A stretch of DNA of 64,000 nt from Epiperipatus broadwayi (GCA_028023455.1 JAQFVV010000001.1:31186001-31250000); one strand, 5' to 3'; positions 1 through 13,600 are shown, counted from the stretch's first letter. Made by a program: numbers and translations. The notes: generated by a model not told the origin, from the letters alone.

Positions 1-422
1 TTTTTCATGTTATCTGCAACCTAAGTTTTAGCAAGATTAAACTTAGTAAAAGATTTATATACTTAAAATGTTTATATGATAAATTTTGGGACATTTTAAT
101 AATGATATGAATGTTTAACTTGTATTAGATATATATGTAAAAAAAAAAAAGATATATATATATTTTGTAGTGTCATTTATTTTTTTTTAAAAAACAAAAA
201 TAGAAGATATTAAGATTTTTAATAGCTGTTTATTAACAAATTAAAAAAAAACAAGAAAAGATTAGAATTTTGATTTCTGAAGAAATGTTTGGGTTATCGT
301 CGATTAGTACCCACATGCCACTTGATGGCTCTGTTGCTACTCAAAAACCAATAGATATAACGTTACCATGCTGATTTACAATTTACCTTTTTTTATATAT
401 CACTATACATGACAGGGCATAG

Positions 423-490
423 CACTGGAATTCACAGGAAGGGAGATCCGATGGTTTTGCCGATCTGAAGGATCATCTGTCACAACATAC
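423..490. repeat. Short (~70 bp) dispersed repeat, diverged copy
   Basis: gcactgg...caggaagggagatccgatggttttgccgatctgaaggatca matches gcactgg...caggaggggggggaatccgatggtttgcagatccaaaggacca at about 44387-44440. Confidence 0.55.
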
Positions 491-1274
491 ACAACATTTT
501 GAAATCTAAAATTATTTAATAAAATCTAATATTTCCTTTTTTCAATTACTGTCTGATCAAAAAAAAAAGTTTTCAACACTATTTTAAAACAATTTACGAA
601 ACACAATTAGATTTTAAAATTTCCCTCTGTTTAAACCAAGCTTATGCTTTGAAAGTCTCATAGCTATCTCTGCACAAAATACATTTTATGCATGATTTCT
701 GTATACTACTGGTACATACATTTTTGAAATTTGTTTAACCTTAAAAATATGTATACGGAAGCATGTCTTTTGTCCCACAATTAATACTATCTAAAACTAC
801 ATCAGGTCATACTTCAAATGCACATGCAAAACTTAAGACAACATGAATTCTACACACCCTCACATCATACTGTAGTGATCTGTGAAAGTGTGTAATAGTA
901 CTGCAAACCACAAAAGCTGCTTAGTGGTTAATATGAACTGTTCTATAGGCCATGTGAGCAGTAAATTTCTATGCTTTTGCATGGAAACAATGACATCAAG
1001 TGGTGTGCAGAGGCTAATTGATGACAACCTATTTTTGATTTCAATTAGTGTATAAATAGATTTTTTTTAAAAAAATATTTATTGTAAAGAGAAAATCAAT
1101 TAGTCAAGGCTTAATGCAGTAGTTTCTGAGGTAGTCATGTGATTGAATGAAAAACTGATCTTAGAGTTAGTGTGTAAACAACACCATTCAACAGGAGTTC
1201 AGTAGCAGTGAAGTTCAGCAGTCAGATGCATAACTGGAAAGTCTGATTACAGATTTATGTTTTTGTTGAAAAAA

Positions 1275-1490
1275 GTTGTTTGCAATACAGCATATATTAT
1301 ACTTTTATAATCTTGCCATTGTATTTTTAAAATTTTGCAGAGCATCTTTAATTGGAAGTTTTCTAAAGCCTTTATATTGTGCTGATAGGGTCCAAGCTTT
1401 ATATTTATATATTAAATTGGGTAAAATAACAGCTTTACTTACAGTTAATTTAGTTGCAGCAGTATTTCACTATGATGAAATACTTGTTAA
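1275..1490 (-). mobile_element. RTE-clade LINE ORF2 relic, post-RT region, inverted segment
   Basis: Minus-strand translation, with a frameshift, gives ATKLTVSKAVILPNLIYKYKAWTLSA..KALENFQLKMLCKILKIQWQDYK..VLQT, matching the RTE pattern TKL.VYKAV.LP.LLYG.E.WT...L..F...LR.IL.I.WQD. Confidence 0.75.
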
Positions 1491-1528
1491 AAAGCAATCA
1501 GCGTGTTCTTCTGTTTGCTGGATGTCAT

Positions 1529-1700
1529 ACTATTGAGTCCACTATTGTAAAATTACACCTTCATTGGATTGGACATGTAAAATGAATGAACAATGGAAGA
1601 TTTCCTAAAAGATTGTTTCATGGGAAATTTGAGCATGATTCTCATAGGAAAGGTAGATTACATCTTCATTATAAGGATTATCCCAAACACATTCTATAGA
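1529..1700 (+). mobile_element. RTE-clade LINE ORF2 relic, C-terminal region
   Basis: Plus-strand translation gives TIESTIVKLHLHWIGHVK*MNNGRFPKRLFHGKFEHDSHRKGRLHLHYKD, matching RTE LRW.GHV.RM...R.PK.L.YGEL....R..GRP..R.KD. Confidence 0.75.
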
Positions 1701-3423
1701 CAAGCAATATCAACTATTTTCATTAGGAAAATATAAAAAAATAATAGAATATATTGGAGAGATACAATTAAATATAGTGTTGAAGTATTTAAAAAAAAAA
1801 AACCACTGTAAAATACCAAATAAACAGAAAAATGGACTAGCATGTTCTACATGTGGCATATTTGTGGTTCACATATTGATTTGCATAATTATTGCAAAAC
1901 TTATTTCTTGAGTAGTTTTTCTCTCCTTCTTTTTTTCTTTTTTTAGAGTTGAAATAGTTATACTCATGTAATTTACAAGAACCATATGCTAAGTTCTTGC
2001 TAAAAGCTGATCATTACTAACCAAACTATGTAACTAATTTTTCTAAGAGAAATGTAAGAGTAGAAAAATGCTCTGGGAAAAACTTTCAGCTAGCTTTATG
2101 TATTATTGATCCATTCAAAATCATAGCCAAAGTCAACTTATGTTTGCCTAAAAAGAAAATAATTGTTAAACAGGAAACCTGGAGCTATGAAAGAAGGGGG
2201 GAAGGGAGAAAAATACTTGGATGAAAATGACTATTAAGAAAGCTATAACAACAACAACAAATAACCCTATTTGGATCCAAAAGATTGACATGCAAGATTT
2301 ACAAGAAAAAATACTCAACTAACAAACTGCAAAAGAAGTACTAAAAAGGGAAAAATCCATGGTAAAATGAGATATTGTAATGTATACACATTTATATTTA
2401 TAAATGCTATTTCATAGGGAAGTGAAATTAAAAGTATTGAATATTTTTTAGTAATTTTGTTGAAATATTTTACTTTTGCTAGTTAAAATGAAATGAGGAC
2501 ATTCTCATTTAAAAAAAAAAAAATGAGAGAAAGAAGGTTCAAATTATTTTTTTCTTTAGTATGGAATATTTTTTTTTAGTTTGATTATTATAAAAAAATC
2601 AGAAGTGAATAATAATTATAAGACTTATATATATCATATATATTATATGATTATATACTAACTTTAGGATTTTTCATAAAAATTAGCAAATAAAAGTATA
2701 AAAACATTTAGAAAATATTTTTTTTTAAAATTCTACTTTTTTTTTTAGGTTTTTATTCTTCACGGAGTTCTGTTTGTGGGATTTATAGTCATCTCAGTGA
2801 AATTATTTAATCATAGAATAAATTATGTGTGTATATTTTCTCTTTTTAACAGTCTCTAGCATCCTTGTGATCCCAGAATTAATTTTGACAACATGTGTCA
2901 GTGTATGTAGATGGTTCTCTGAAGAATATTTAAATGGTGCTAAAGTCATAAAAGTCACTTTCTTAAGCCTACGTATTTCATATTACTTTATATATTTGTC
3001 AGTTAGCTTATTGATAGCCAGTATCCTCAAGGTACCTGATGTTCCAGAGCATTGATGATGATTAGCATTAATATCATGATTCCAGTTCATTTATTTTCTT
3101 TATTATGTGCATACAAATTAAATTTTGATAATAGCTTTTATAATATGCCTCAAGTTTGGCATATGCTTAATAATGATTAGCATAAAATTTTGTCACTTTT
3201 AAATCCAAACACAAGGGATGATAATTGACTCTTGATGAGTATGCTAATGATGTTATATTACTTATATTGGAATCCACTGCTGATTCTTTGCTCACTTTCT
3301 ATATTCTAAGAGTTTGATAATGATGATTTGCCTCACCACTGTAATACTTCTGATGTTCATATCATTTCAATATGTATGATGATGTTGCTATTTATTAGGC
3401 ATTATTTAAATTATTTAATTGTG

Positions 3424-3518
3424 CTAAGAGAGAAGCAAGCAAAGGTAAATGTCAATTATTTTATTGCCTAATTACACTGTTGTTAGCCAAGAACTTAAAT
3501 GCATATATTTACACTCAC
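3424..3518 (-). other. Candidate 95-nt spliceosomal intron of a minus-strand transcript
   Basis: The minus strand reads CAG|GTGAGT at the donor and ctttgcttgcttctctcttag|CAC at the acceptor, a long pure pyrimidine tract. Confidence 0.5.
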
Positions 3519-3610
3519 CTGTGTGTGAGCAACTAAATGAAATTTAGTGTTTGATACATATGTTATGTAATTGGATAAGATGACTGCTGTTTTTTTGTTC
3601 CCAATTACAT
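3519..3610 (-). other. Candidate 92-nt exon (open frame VIGNKKTAVILSNYITYVSNTKFHLVAHTQ); coding status unknown
   Basis: Bounded by cacattcag| and CAG|gtgagt. One frame is open throughout, but splicing to 3423 gives only HN then a stop. No protein family recognised. Confidence 0.3.
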
Positions 3611-3759
3611 CTGAATGTGAGGTATCTTATATTAGATGATTGTATAATCATTAATAGGGATGCTAATATAGTGTACGTTTGATCTAACAACCTTGTTTAT
3701 AATAGTTGCTATTGAAAGTGCAAGAAAAACTAATAGATAAAAAATAAAATATCTGCATT

Positions 3760-6730
3760 TATTCGTGGCTACAAAAGTATATTAAATAAATTTAAGAAAA
3801 TATATTTTATAATAAAAATAATTTATTTGCCAAAAACAATATCAATTATTTAACAAAAACATATATTGATGATAAATCAAGTGGACATTAAAATATTAAT
3901 CCATTATATATGACTATTTATTTTTATATTTATGGCGTCTACTTTTAGTGTTGAATTGACCTCGAGTACATATTAAATATTGTTTTATTTCATACACATT
4001 TTGTGCATGGATTATCTTTTTTTTCTTTTATTTAAAGCATTTTTATTGGAAATTATATTATTTTCTTCATTTTATTTAATATAAAATTCAAGTATAAATG
4101 CAAACATTGTTAATTCAAAAATAAATGGATATCTTATGGATTTTTGTATGTTTTGTTAAATAATTGATATCGTTTTAGTAAATAAATTATTTTTATCGTA
4201 AAATTTATTACTTTTTAAAATTGTATGCAATATACTCTTGGACCTGTAAATTCAATAATAAATGGAGATATTTAATTTTCTATTCATTATTTTTTCTTTT
4301 CTCGATGGTAAGTACTAAGCACTTAAGCATCTTGACAGATAGTTAGATCTTAAATGGTAAAATATCTCAGCTCGTAATGGAGTAATTAATTTAGTAAAGA
4401 TGATAGCATTTAGGATAAACATACTATATCAAATAGTGTTACATTTAAAATTATATATACATAAATATTCTAAAACGTATTTTATGTAAATAAAATATCT
4501 ATAGTTCTAATATTTATATTATCTTTAAAGCTCTTCATGTAAACAGCAGTAAATGTTCAATTCATCATGTAGAAAATCTATTTATTAGGTTATTTTAATT
4601 TAATAAACCTTGTTAGTATTCTTAATAGAAGTATTTATATAAATGTGTGTGTGTAACATTTTGCGAATTATAAAGCTTCTCATCATGGAAATATTTCACC
4701 ATTCGTATATTTGATTATAATGTATTTATTTTATTAAAATAACACTGCGTAATTATATATATATATACTTTATAATGCTTTTACTGAAAAAAAAGGAAGA
4801 AAGACTGTGGGGAAAAAAGAGAGAAAGGAATGCACAAAGTACTGTAATGATAAGTTTTTTTTATTCAACAATTACATTAAAATAATATTAAGTTTTGTTA
4901 TAAGTATTAATAATAATTTAAACATTCTCTCATTGTTTATTATTTGTGTTTCTTCCCGGAGGAAATTATTGACGGATAAATGAGGTCGGCCTTTAGAAAA
5001 GCAAGCATACTTTTTAATTAAAATTATTTAATTAAAGATTAATTTATTTTCTAAGTATAATATTACTTCAAAATGAAAAAAAAAGTAAAACATTTATGAA
5101 CTTCCTGTTTAATGTTTAAAGAAAAAATCATCTGCGTAAATTGAAAATTGCAGCAATTTATTGATTAAATAATAAAACACTCCGCAAGATGGCGTTGTAA
5201 ATATTTTTTTTCATTTACCGGATTTTTTTTTCTATTATTGTATTTTTTTTAATAAAAGAAATTAATATAATTATCTCTTCATTTCTTTTCCTTGTATTTT
5301 TTTTGGATATTGATTTGAAATAGGCTTTGATATTTTTTTGTCTAGAGTAAAATTGTTGTAGATTTACAAACGGTTGCAGGGAACGTGTTACTCTTGCGTT
5401 TAAATAAAACAATGCATTTCCTGTTTGCCAAATAATTTTTTTTGTGTGTGTGTGACTATTTTCAGAAATTTAGAGCAGTATCTATTTTTACAAAATTAAT
5501 TTTCATTTAAATTTTTTGTAGTCTTTCTCACCCCAGTTTTTTTTTTAAATATCTCAAGCAATTTGTATCTTTTAATTTGTAGTTAACTTTGCTCTTGTTT
5601 GTTTTAGACACGATAAGAATGAGTAGTGATAGCTATCTGGATACTCTGAGAATTAAAAGAGGTTGATCCTATTTAATTTAATCTCCTTTAAATTCCGATG
5701 GAAAAAAAAGAAATGAGAGAGAGGAGGAAGAAAAAAAAGATAATCCGCGCCAGAATTTAAAGTATGCCATTTTTAAAATATTTTCTCAAAAGATTAAACT
5801 CTAATTTCTCAGCAATTTAATTGATCTATATATATTTTTTTAATTAAAGAAATACCCTAGAGATGAAAATTGTTCGAGCGTTAGATTTTTTTTCTTTTAC
5901 TTAATTATCTTTTAAAATACTTATTATCTGCGAACTGAGACTTTTTAAATAGTTTATATATATATTGATATTTTACGAAATAATTAAAAAAAAAATAATA
6001 CAAGCTTTTTAAGAATTTTTGTAAAATAAAAAAATAAGTAAAGTATAATTAAATGAATTATTTTATAGAAATGAATTTCAAGAACAGGCGTTATTCTAGT
6101 TAAACACAAAAAAAATTAGCGACTTCGTATTGAAAAATGGATGCTAATAGGAAATGATGAAAGCAATTTACCTGTTATTCTTATTCAACAAAAATTTTAA
6201 TATTCTATCTTATTTCAATTTATACTGATATGAAATATTGAGAATTGAACCCCCTCCCACCCACACACACACACCATGTTTCTTCAGCTCTATTCAATTT
6301 TGATGTTGTTGATCTTAGCAATTGATTTAGTCATTTTGACTAGATACATGTTTAGCTAAAAATCTGGCTTTATTTAAAAAATATTCACCAATAAATTTTT
6401 ACTTTATAGACAACTTGAAATTTCATAAATTATGTTGAAGCAAAAGATATATCGTGCATACTTATTAATTAAATTATCTGGAAATATTAGCATTGCATTA
6501 CTCTCGATTTGCTATATAAATAGCCTCATAGTGCATCCATATTTTTTTTTATAAACTACGTCATGCGCATGCTCCAAAACTTGTCTTGGGTCAGCTTTTT
6601 TCATTTCAACAAAAAAAATTATTAACAATAAATAGTAATTACATTCTGATAAAAGAAAAATAAATAAATAAATTGTACAATAACATGATTATATTAATGT
6701 TCTGTTTGCCATCTGGCTAGATTTTGTTAT
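3760..6730. promoter_or_regulatory. CpG-retaining promoter-like domain
   Basis: Dozens of CpGs here against very few in the 7-21 kb flank. Motifs: YY1-type CAAGATGGCG (5185-5194), ETS-type ACTTCCTG (~5100), ATTTCCTG (~5416) and ACCGGAT (~5217), TATATAAA (~6513), and ACGTCA followed by NRF1-like TGCGCATGC (~6558-6573). Confidence 0.6.
5608..5661 (+). other. Candidate 54-nt exon containing an ATG (MSSDSYLDTLRIKR)
   Basis: Acceptor tcttgtttgttttag|, ATG at 5619, weak donor AGAG|gttgat; lies downstream of the YY1 motif. No homology recognised. Confidence 0.25.
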
Positions 6731-7539
6731 GAGAACGCAATTGTTATACACTTATGTGGTTGGGTATAATGAAGAATTTTGTGTAGAATATGAGAAACTA
6801 AGAACTTGTTTAATGGTATTAGCATTTTTAATATAAACATGAATATTTTAGGTGAATCAAAATTGCTGATTTAGAAAATATCTATTTGGTGAGATTCTGT
6901 TAGTAAAAATCTAGCCTGTACTTATTTTGCCCTCCATTTATTATATTTGTTTTTACAATATATCTTACTACTTTTGATAAACAATTGAGATTTTTTTTCT
7001 CATATATACATATTGTATTATTATATAGCTATTAAATGTTTTTCTGATCCTACCAATTCATTGATTTCATAGTGCTACATGATTAATGGTGGGATGAATG
7101 ACCATAAAAATAGATTGAAGTCACCCAATATTAACACCAAATGTTTCAACAGAAATGTGATTGGTATATTCAGAAGCATAAATAATAATAAGAAATTGAA
7201 AATGAAATAAAATAAATAAAATGCCTTTTAATAATTGCAATTGTTGATTACATGTTAAATAGGTTATAAATGGTCAGTTTGAAAAAACAGTCATATTTAT
7301 TTATGTACTAGTATGAAAAGCCTTTATTCTTATTTTATCATTTTGTTGGATGTTCTGATAAGTATAAATGACTAGTTTTTATTGCTTGCTCATCATTTAT
7401 TTTATTATTTTTATATGTATTGTTTGGTTGTGTTTTAATTTGTACATTTCATTAATTTTTTTATTCATGCTCTCAGCACAAATTTTCTTAAGTGTATTTT
7501 TTTTTCTGGAATAAACAAATCACTTTTTTGAGAATTGAT

Positions 7540-8575
7540 TGCTGTCCTACTGTCAGTACAGATTTAGATATAGGATCTATATCTGCATGTTAATAGGACA
7601 AAACTTTAGGATCAGCAAAAATATTGTGATTTTGAAATGTAGTACTCTATAAAAAAAGTAAAGAATTTTTTTTTATAGAAGATTAATTTAAATTGCAAAA
7701 GTGCATTGAGTTCACACTGATGAAAATGCAGCCATGACCAGAAGAGTTTCAGGATTTTTAAAAGAATTACAAAAGGTTTGTCCAAATGCAAAATATGTTC
7801 TTTGTATTATGCACAAAGAATATTATTTAACTTATGGAAGAATAGCTTAATAAAGTGTTATCAGAACTATCCACAATAGTTAATTACATAAAAAATAATA
7901 CCACTAATACAAGACTTTCAAATTTTATGCCATGGGATGAAGTTCCATTATAAATCTATTTTATCTCACACCGAAGTAAGATGGTGATCCTGTGGTAAAT
8001 TTCTAAAAAGAGTTTTAATATTAAATGAATTATAAATTTTTCTTCTCAGTAAAAACTGACATTACAGCTCTTTTTTATATATATATAAAATGGATGTGTT
8101 CTCTTTCTTACCTGATGGGTTTTTTCAAAAAAGTAAATGAATTGAATCTTTTTCTGCAAGAAAAAATAACCAGTATGTTAACCCTCAACACAAGCTTCTG
8201 TATGGTTAAAATGTTTTAGAGAAATTAATACAGAAATATTGCCTTTTCCCTTGAATTTCTTGAAAATAACATTTTATTATCAATAGAAAGTAAAAGAAAA
8301 GTAGACACTTCACAAATTTATTCAATTTTTGAAAAATAATTTTCTAAATTAAATAAAAATAAAGAATGGCTGAATAAAAACATCATTGGTTCCTTACAAT
8401 TTAGCAGTCACCTGTAGTCATCTCAAGACAAGATAATTGATTTGAGAGAAAATTTATTCCTTGAATTAAAATTTTATAATAATGATTTTTTTAAATTTTG
8501 GATACAGTAATAAAAAGCATATCCTTTGTTGGTAAATGCAGCCTTAAATATTGTGGTTCCAATTGGATTATCAAA
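7540..8575 (+). mobile_element. hAT (Buster/Charlie, ZBED5/SCAND3-like) transposase relic
   Basis: Translated pieces: HTDENAAMTRRVSGFLKELQKVCPNAKYVLCIMHKE; IVNYIKN; SHTEVRW*SCGKFLKRV; WMCSLSYLMGFFKKVNELNLFLQ; LIDLRENLFLELKF..NFW...AYPLLVNAALNIVVP. Many stops and frameshifts; termini not found. Confidence 0.85.
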
Positions 8576-10679
8576 TTTCATTTTCATTGCTAATACTATT
8601 TAAAAATAAATGTATATTTTACTTATCAATAGAATCAGAAAAAAAATCTAAAAAATTGCTGTGTCAAATATTTCATCTGATTTTGATTTTTTGTTAACAC
8701 TATTCAAACACATCTATCACAAAATTTGTTATTAAAGTCTCTTTTGTTATATATTCAATTTTTGTTCTAATTATTAATAATGAGTTTTTGTGATTATATT
8801 TCATGATCATTATATTATTTGCAATTCTTTAAGTATTTTGTATCATAATAAAAATATAAATAATAAAATTATTTAAATAAACTAAATACAAATATACCTT
8901 TACTTTGGTTAGTGAAGACAATTGGTCTCCCAAATTGCCTAATAAAGTAAAATATCACATAGAATGAGTTCCTATACAAAAAAAATAATTTGTTAATTTA
9001 AATTCAAAATTTAAAAATATATATTAAAAAAAACTTAAATTAAAATAGTATTAATTAATGACTAAATATTTTACTAAGTATATTATTAAATGAATAATAA
9101 CCTGTGAGCAAATACACTATATAAAAACATTTTCATAACTATAATTTAAAAAAATATATATAATTTTTTACCTACCATTTTGTTTCTTAAGTAGTTATAA
9201 AATATTATCTGGATCATAATGTGTTGAATTAAAACCAAGCATGATTTAAAAAAATAATAACCACAATGCATAATTTAAAATTTTAAAAAATAACACATTG
9301 TATACATTAAAATTTATTTTTTATGCATCTTATATTCAACAGTTTTTTATTTTTGTAATTTCTAACCATAAAGCTAAATTTTTTTTGAAGCACTGTTAAC
9401 TTTTTTTTAATCACATTTTTTAAAAAAATTTACATAAATGCAATGAAATTATATAAAATATAGATAAACAAATTTAAAGTATAGTTGATTGTTGTAATTT
9501 TAATAATGTATATAAATGATTAAATCTTTTTTTTTTTTTACCAATCTATGTTTTCACTAAAACTATCTATTATCTTGAATAAATCACAAAAAATGAGATA
9601 ATCAATTTAAAACTACAAAAGTAAATAGTGTTTTAAATTTACATATTTTTTTCCTAAAAATAACTTATAATTACAATGATTATTACAATTGTATTTTGTC
9701 ACAGGCAAAATAACAAAAGAATTTTAAACCATAACATTGATTGAATATTGTTTATTTAACCATTCCAAATTGCAGTATCATGCCTTTTACATTTCAGTAT
9801 TTCTGATGTTTATCTTTGTCTTACACATCCACATAAAATATATGATAAAATGATTATTACTTATCAAAAAATAACAAATTTGATTTTATTTGATAAATAT
9901 TTTTTTTACTACTGAAATAAATTTTAAATGTTAACATTTTGTTTCTATAAATGTTAAAAAAATGTGGATGTAATCAAAACAAAGATGTTAAACATCATTG
10001 TTTCTAGAAAAATTATTTTCAGTTTATAAAATCAATGAAATATTTCTTAATTTTTATTATTTTTAAATATTTGAAATGAATAATTATTTATTTCCCTTAT
10101 ATCTAATGAATTATGCTTTAAATGTTTACATTTTTTGAATATTTATTGCAAAATTACAGCATTTTCTTATTGTAAACATAATGAAGATTGTTTACGTCAA
10201 AACTAAAAATTTTTAATTTTCTTGGGGCCATATTTATGTTAGCTGCTAATATAACATTATATTTTTGAAAATAAAGTATTTCAAGTCAAAATAAGTTATT
10301 AATAATTTATATTTCTTGATATCTAATAAATATAGTGCAAATTATTTTAAAAAATTTTTTTAAAATGTAATAAATTTGCAAATAAATACATTTTTGCATC
10401 ATTGGAAACTGCAATGTCATAAAATGCCAAACATTTTACAACCTTGGCAAGAGACAATATCTGAAAATGTCAGGGCAGGGCTTATGCCTATTATAAGAGC
10501 AGGAATTGTGAATTTTCTCACCTTTTAACCCACGATTTTCAGGAAAAAATTATTATAGTAAAATTTACCATTTTAAATGTATTTTAACATATAATACTTA
10601 TGAAAAAAATTCACTAGGAGGGGAATTGTCCAAAAGATGAAATAATTCAGGTAAACCAGCTGTAAAGTTAATATTGTAA

Positions 10680-12156
10680 TGCTGGAAATAAAAGCCTGAA
10701 AATGTGGTCAGTCAGCATACATAATTGATGTATTGAGTTATGAAAAATTAAGAAAAAATTTAAATATATGTGTGTATGAGGAGATATATAAAAGCATCTT
10801 ATTTAGGTTAAATAATAAATAAATATTTACTAAAATCAATTTTAATAGAGTAATTAAATCTATGTAACAGCATTTAAGTTGAAGCAAAAACACTTGAAAT
10901 AATTTAAAAAAACAAACAAATAATTATATTTGTTTTGTGATAACAATAAATGAGTCTCCAAATCTGATTTGCAACAGTAACTAAAGAATAGGAAAATGTC
11001 TCCAATTTATTACGCATTTTTAATTATTAATCTATTGTGTATTTTTAATTCAAAAAGAAATATGTAGGAACATTTTAAAAAGACTTCAGAAAGAAATGTC
11101 ATATTGTTTTCATTAGAGCTGGACTTGAGGATTAAAAATCAGCATAGCTCTAATTACCCAAAAGAGCAGGAAAACCTTTTTCCTTTGTGAACTATAACTG
11201 GCTGAAAAATATATTCTTTTGGAAAAATATATTGCTTGATTTATTAAATATAAATCATCCTTGCCAGAAGCAGAACCTTTTGATTTATAATTATCATTTG
11301 TTGATACAGCTACAGAAAATGCATTGCTGATTAATTTAAGGTGTATCAGTTGACATAATTATGGAATAATCTGAAAACTATCTGAGCTCAATTTTAATGC
11401 CATAACTCTAGATTAATTACAATGCCTGTGAAGAATGTGTGCCCTTATCATTTTTTGAAAATAGAACATTTAAATTAAAAACATTGGAGGAACCATGCCA
11501 AGTTTTTACTCCATGCTGATCATTAATGGAAGTTATAAAATTGATATCATAGTAAGATTGCTTCTTTTGAAACTTTAACAAAAGAAAAAAAAGGTTTTAA
11601 TAAGTCAATATAATCCATTTACTGCATTGCAATTTATTTTTATATATTAGTTATTTTATTAATTTATTCTAAAATAATTATTTTTAACTTTGTATATATG
11701 TATAAAGCAATTGTATCTTGTAAATAAATGGTTATTAGTTTTAAAATTCAAGTTATTGATGCATTTTATATCACATCATTCATTTCAAATGTTTACACCA
11801 GCATTTATCAGTTCCCTATGTATTAAAAAAGTTTAAATTAGAAAGAATGCCTAACAACTGAGCAAATGTCAAATGTAACAAGAAATTGGGAAATATAAAA
11901 TTTGAAATTGGTTCATTCAGCATATTTTTCTAATTTCATAAATAAAAAGATGATGCCTGAATAAAGGCTGAAAATGCACGTTTTTTTATTTAAAAAATTG
12001 ATTTTGAGTAGTAATGTCTATTTCAAATCACTAGTGTGGATTTTGTGGACGTGATTGGGAAATATAACTCATTTTAAGGTTTGATCATCTCCATCCTTAT
12101 CTACTCTATATATGACTCTATGAAAGTTACAACATTTTGTTATATTTAAAGGTAGT
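10680..12156 (+). repeat. ~1.45 kb diverged direct repeat, copy 1 (unclassified decayed element)
   Basis: Colinear with 14522-15947 along its whole length; shared words include gctggaaata.aagcct, tctccaaatctgatttgcaa, gctacagaaaatgcatt, tgtgccc..tcattttttgaaaat and atcatctcca.ccttatcta. Confidence 0.8.
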
Positions 12157-12264
12157 CCCTGCAGATTAATTACATAAAATGATGCCCAATATGGGCATAA
12201 TTAAGTCCATTTTACCTGATAATTAAAACAAGAATGACTTCCTAATGTGTGTTTCAAATAATGT

Positions 12265-12308
<44 letters not shown>

Positions 12309-12309
12309 G
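12265..12309. repeat. (AC)n(AT)n microsatellite
   Basis: Read directly from the sequence. Confidence 0.9.
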
Positions 12310-12779
12310 AGTACACCTGAGGAAATTAAATATGAAGTGATGAAATTTTAGCCGATATATAAATTAATTTTTTTAATACATTATAGTTTTATTAGGATAA
12401 TTAATGGTACTGCAATATATGTGTGTCTGAATGATATATATATATATATATAAAATTTATTAAGATAAGTGCTATGAAATAGAAATACTTTTGGAATGAA
12501 AGATGATATTGGAACTGGAATTAATTATAATAACTAGTGAGTGAGCAATAACATTAAAGTCATACAGAAGTGAGAGAGTTAAATAGGTAAAAAAATTAAA
12601 ATTGACATAGGTATGAGTTCTTGCAAGTTCAAATATTTCTGTTGAAATTTACATGTTTGTGGTAAAAGTTGGTGCATTAAATTACATATCAGAGTTTATA
12701 TAATAGCAATAGTGTTATTGTTTTGTTATTTTCTGAATAAACCAAATAAGTAATAGTAGTAGACATATAAAAATTAGAT

Positions 12780-13600
12780 AATCATGGATCAGTTAAAATG
12801 GGGAAAAGAAATCAGTGATACAAGAGGCAGAACAGCCAACAGTTGCAGCAACAACAAAGAAAAGTTAAATCTGCTAAGCACCACTCATAATTGATATGAA
12901 AATATTTGACTTAATTAAAGAAGGCCAACAGAAAATAAATAAAAGGCTCAATGAATGACAACAAAAAAATGATATAAAGTTTGAGGAAATTTAACAAATG
13001 ATTGGAGAAGTTTATAAAAAAGAAAGAATATAAGATTATGATAGAAGCATTTGAGAAATATGGAAAAATGTAGTCAAATAAAAGAGAAACAAGAAAGGTA
13101 TAGTGAAAAGACAGAAAAGATAAATATACAAGTGATAAAGAATGTGAAATCAATAAATGGGGTGTAACAATGTAAAAAAAGGTAACTGCACAACATTAAA
13201 TGATTTAAAAATTGATTGTGAAAAATGAAAATGTAAGAGTCAGCAAATGGCCAAACTCCTAAATGCACTGGATATCAGTATGTGTGGTTGGTCAGGTAGC
13301 AGTCTGTGAAAACTGGTGACCAAGCTTACATCAGTGTTCTAAAATTAGAAAATAGAGAACAAAGGTAAAATAAAAATACATCATGGAAGCCTTGAAAAAC
13401 ATATTAGCCAAGAAAAATCAAAATAAAATTCTAGTCTGAACTGGAAGTGAAAATAGAATGATAAAAATGTTATGAAGCCTCAAGAAAATGTGGCCATCTA
13501 TATGTGGATGTAGTTATACTCCTGCTGTTGCAATGAAAAAAGAGAATAATAAATTTGTCAGGTCATTTAAAATAGAATCCCCAAAATCACTCAAACAAAT
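12780..13600 (+). mobile_element. Possible Ty3/Gypsy gag relic
   Basis: A coiled-coil-like stretch (MKIFDLIKEGQQKINKRLNE) followed by very decayed matches to the gag K.P.FDG..W...Q and L..ALE motifs; heavily interrupted. Confidence 0.3.

Noticed and set aside
283-374. Short CpG-containing ORF MFGLSSISTHMPLDGSVATQKPIDITLPC* as a terminal exon
   Set aside because: Weak acceptor, no recognisable homology, and upstream context lies outside the window.
2825-3055. 76-aa hydrophobic ORF with plausible splice sites, as a membrane-protein exon
   Set aside because: The antisense frame is almost as open and vaguely resembles a decayed integrase zinc-binding region; hydrophobicity is expected for antisense AT-rich DNA, so it could not be decided.
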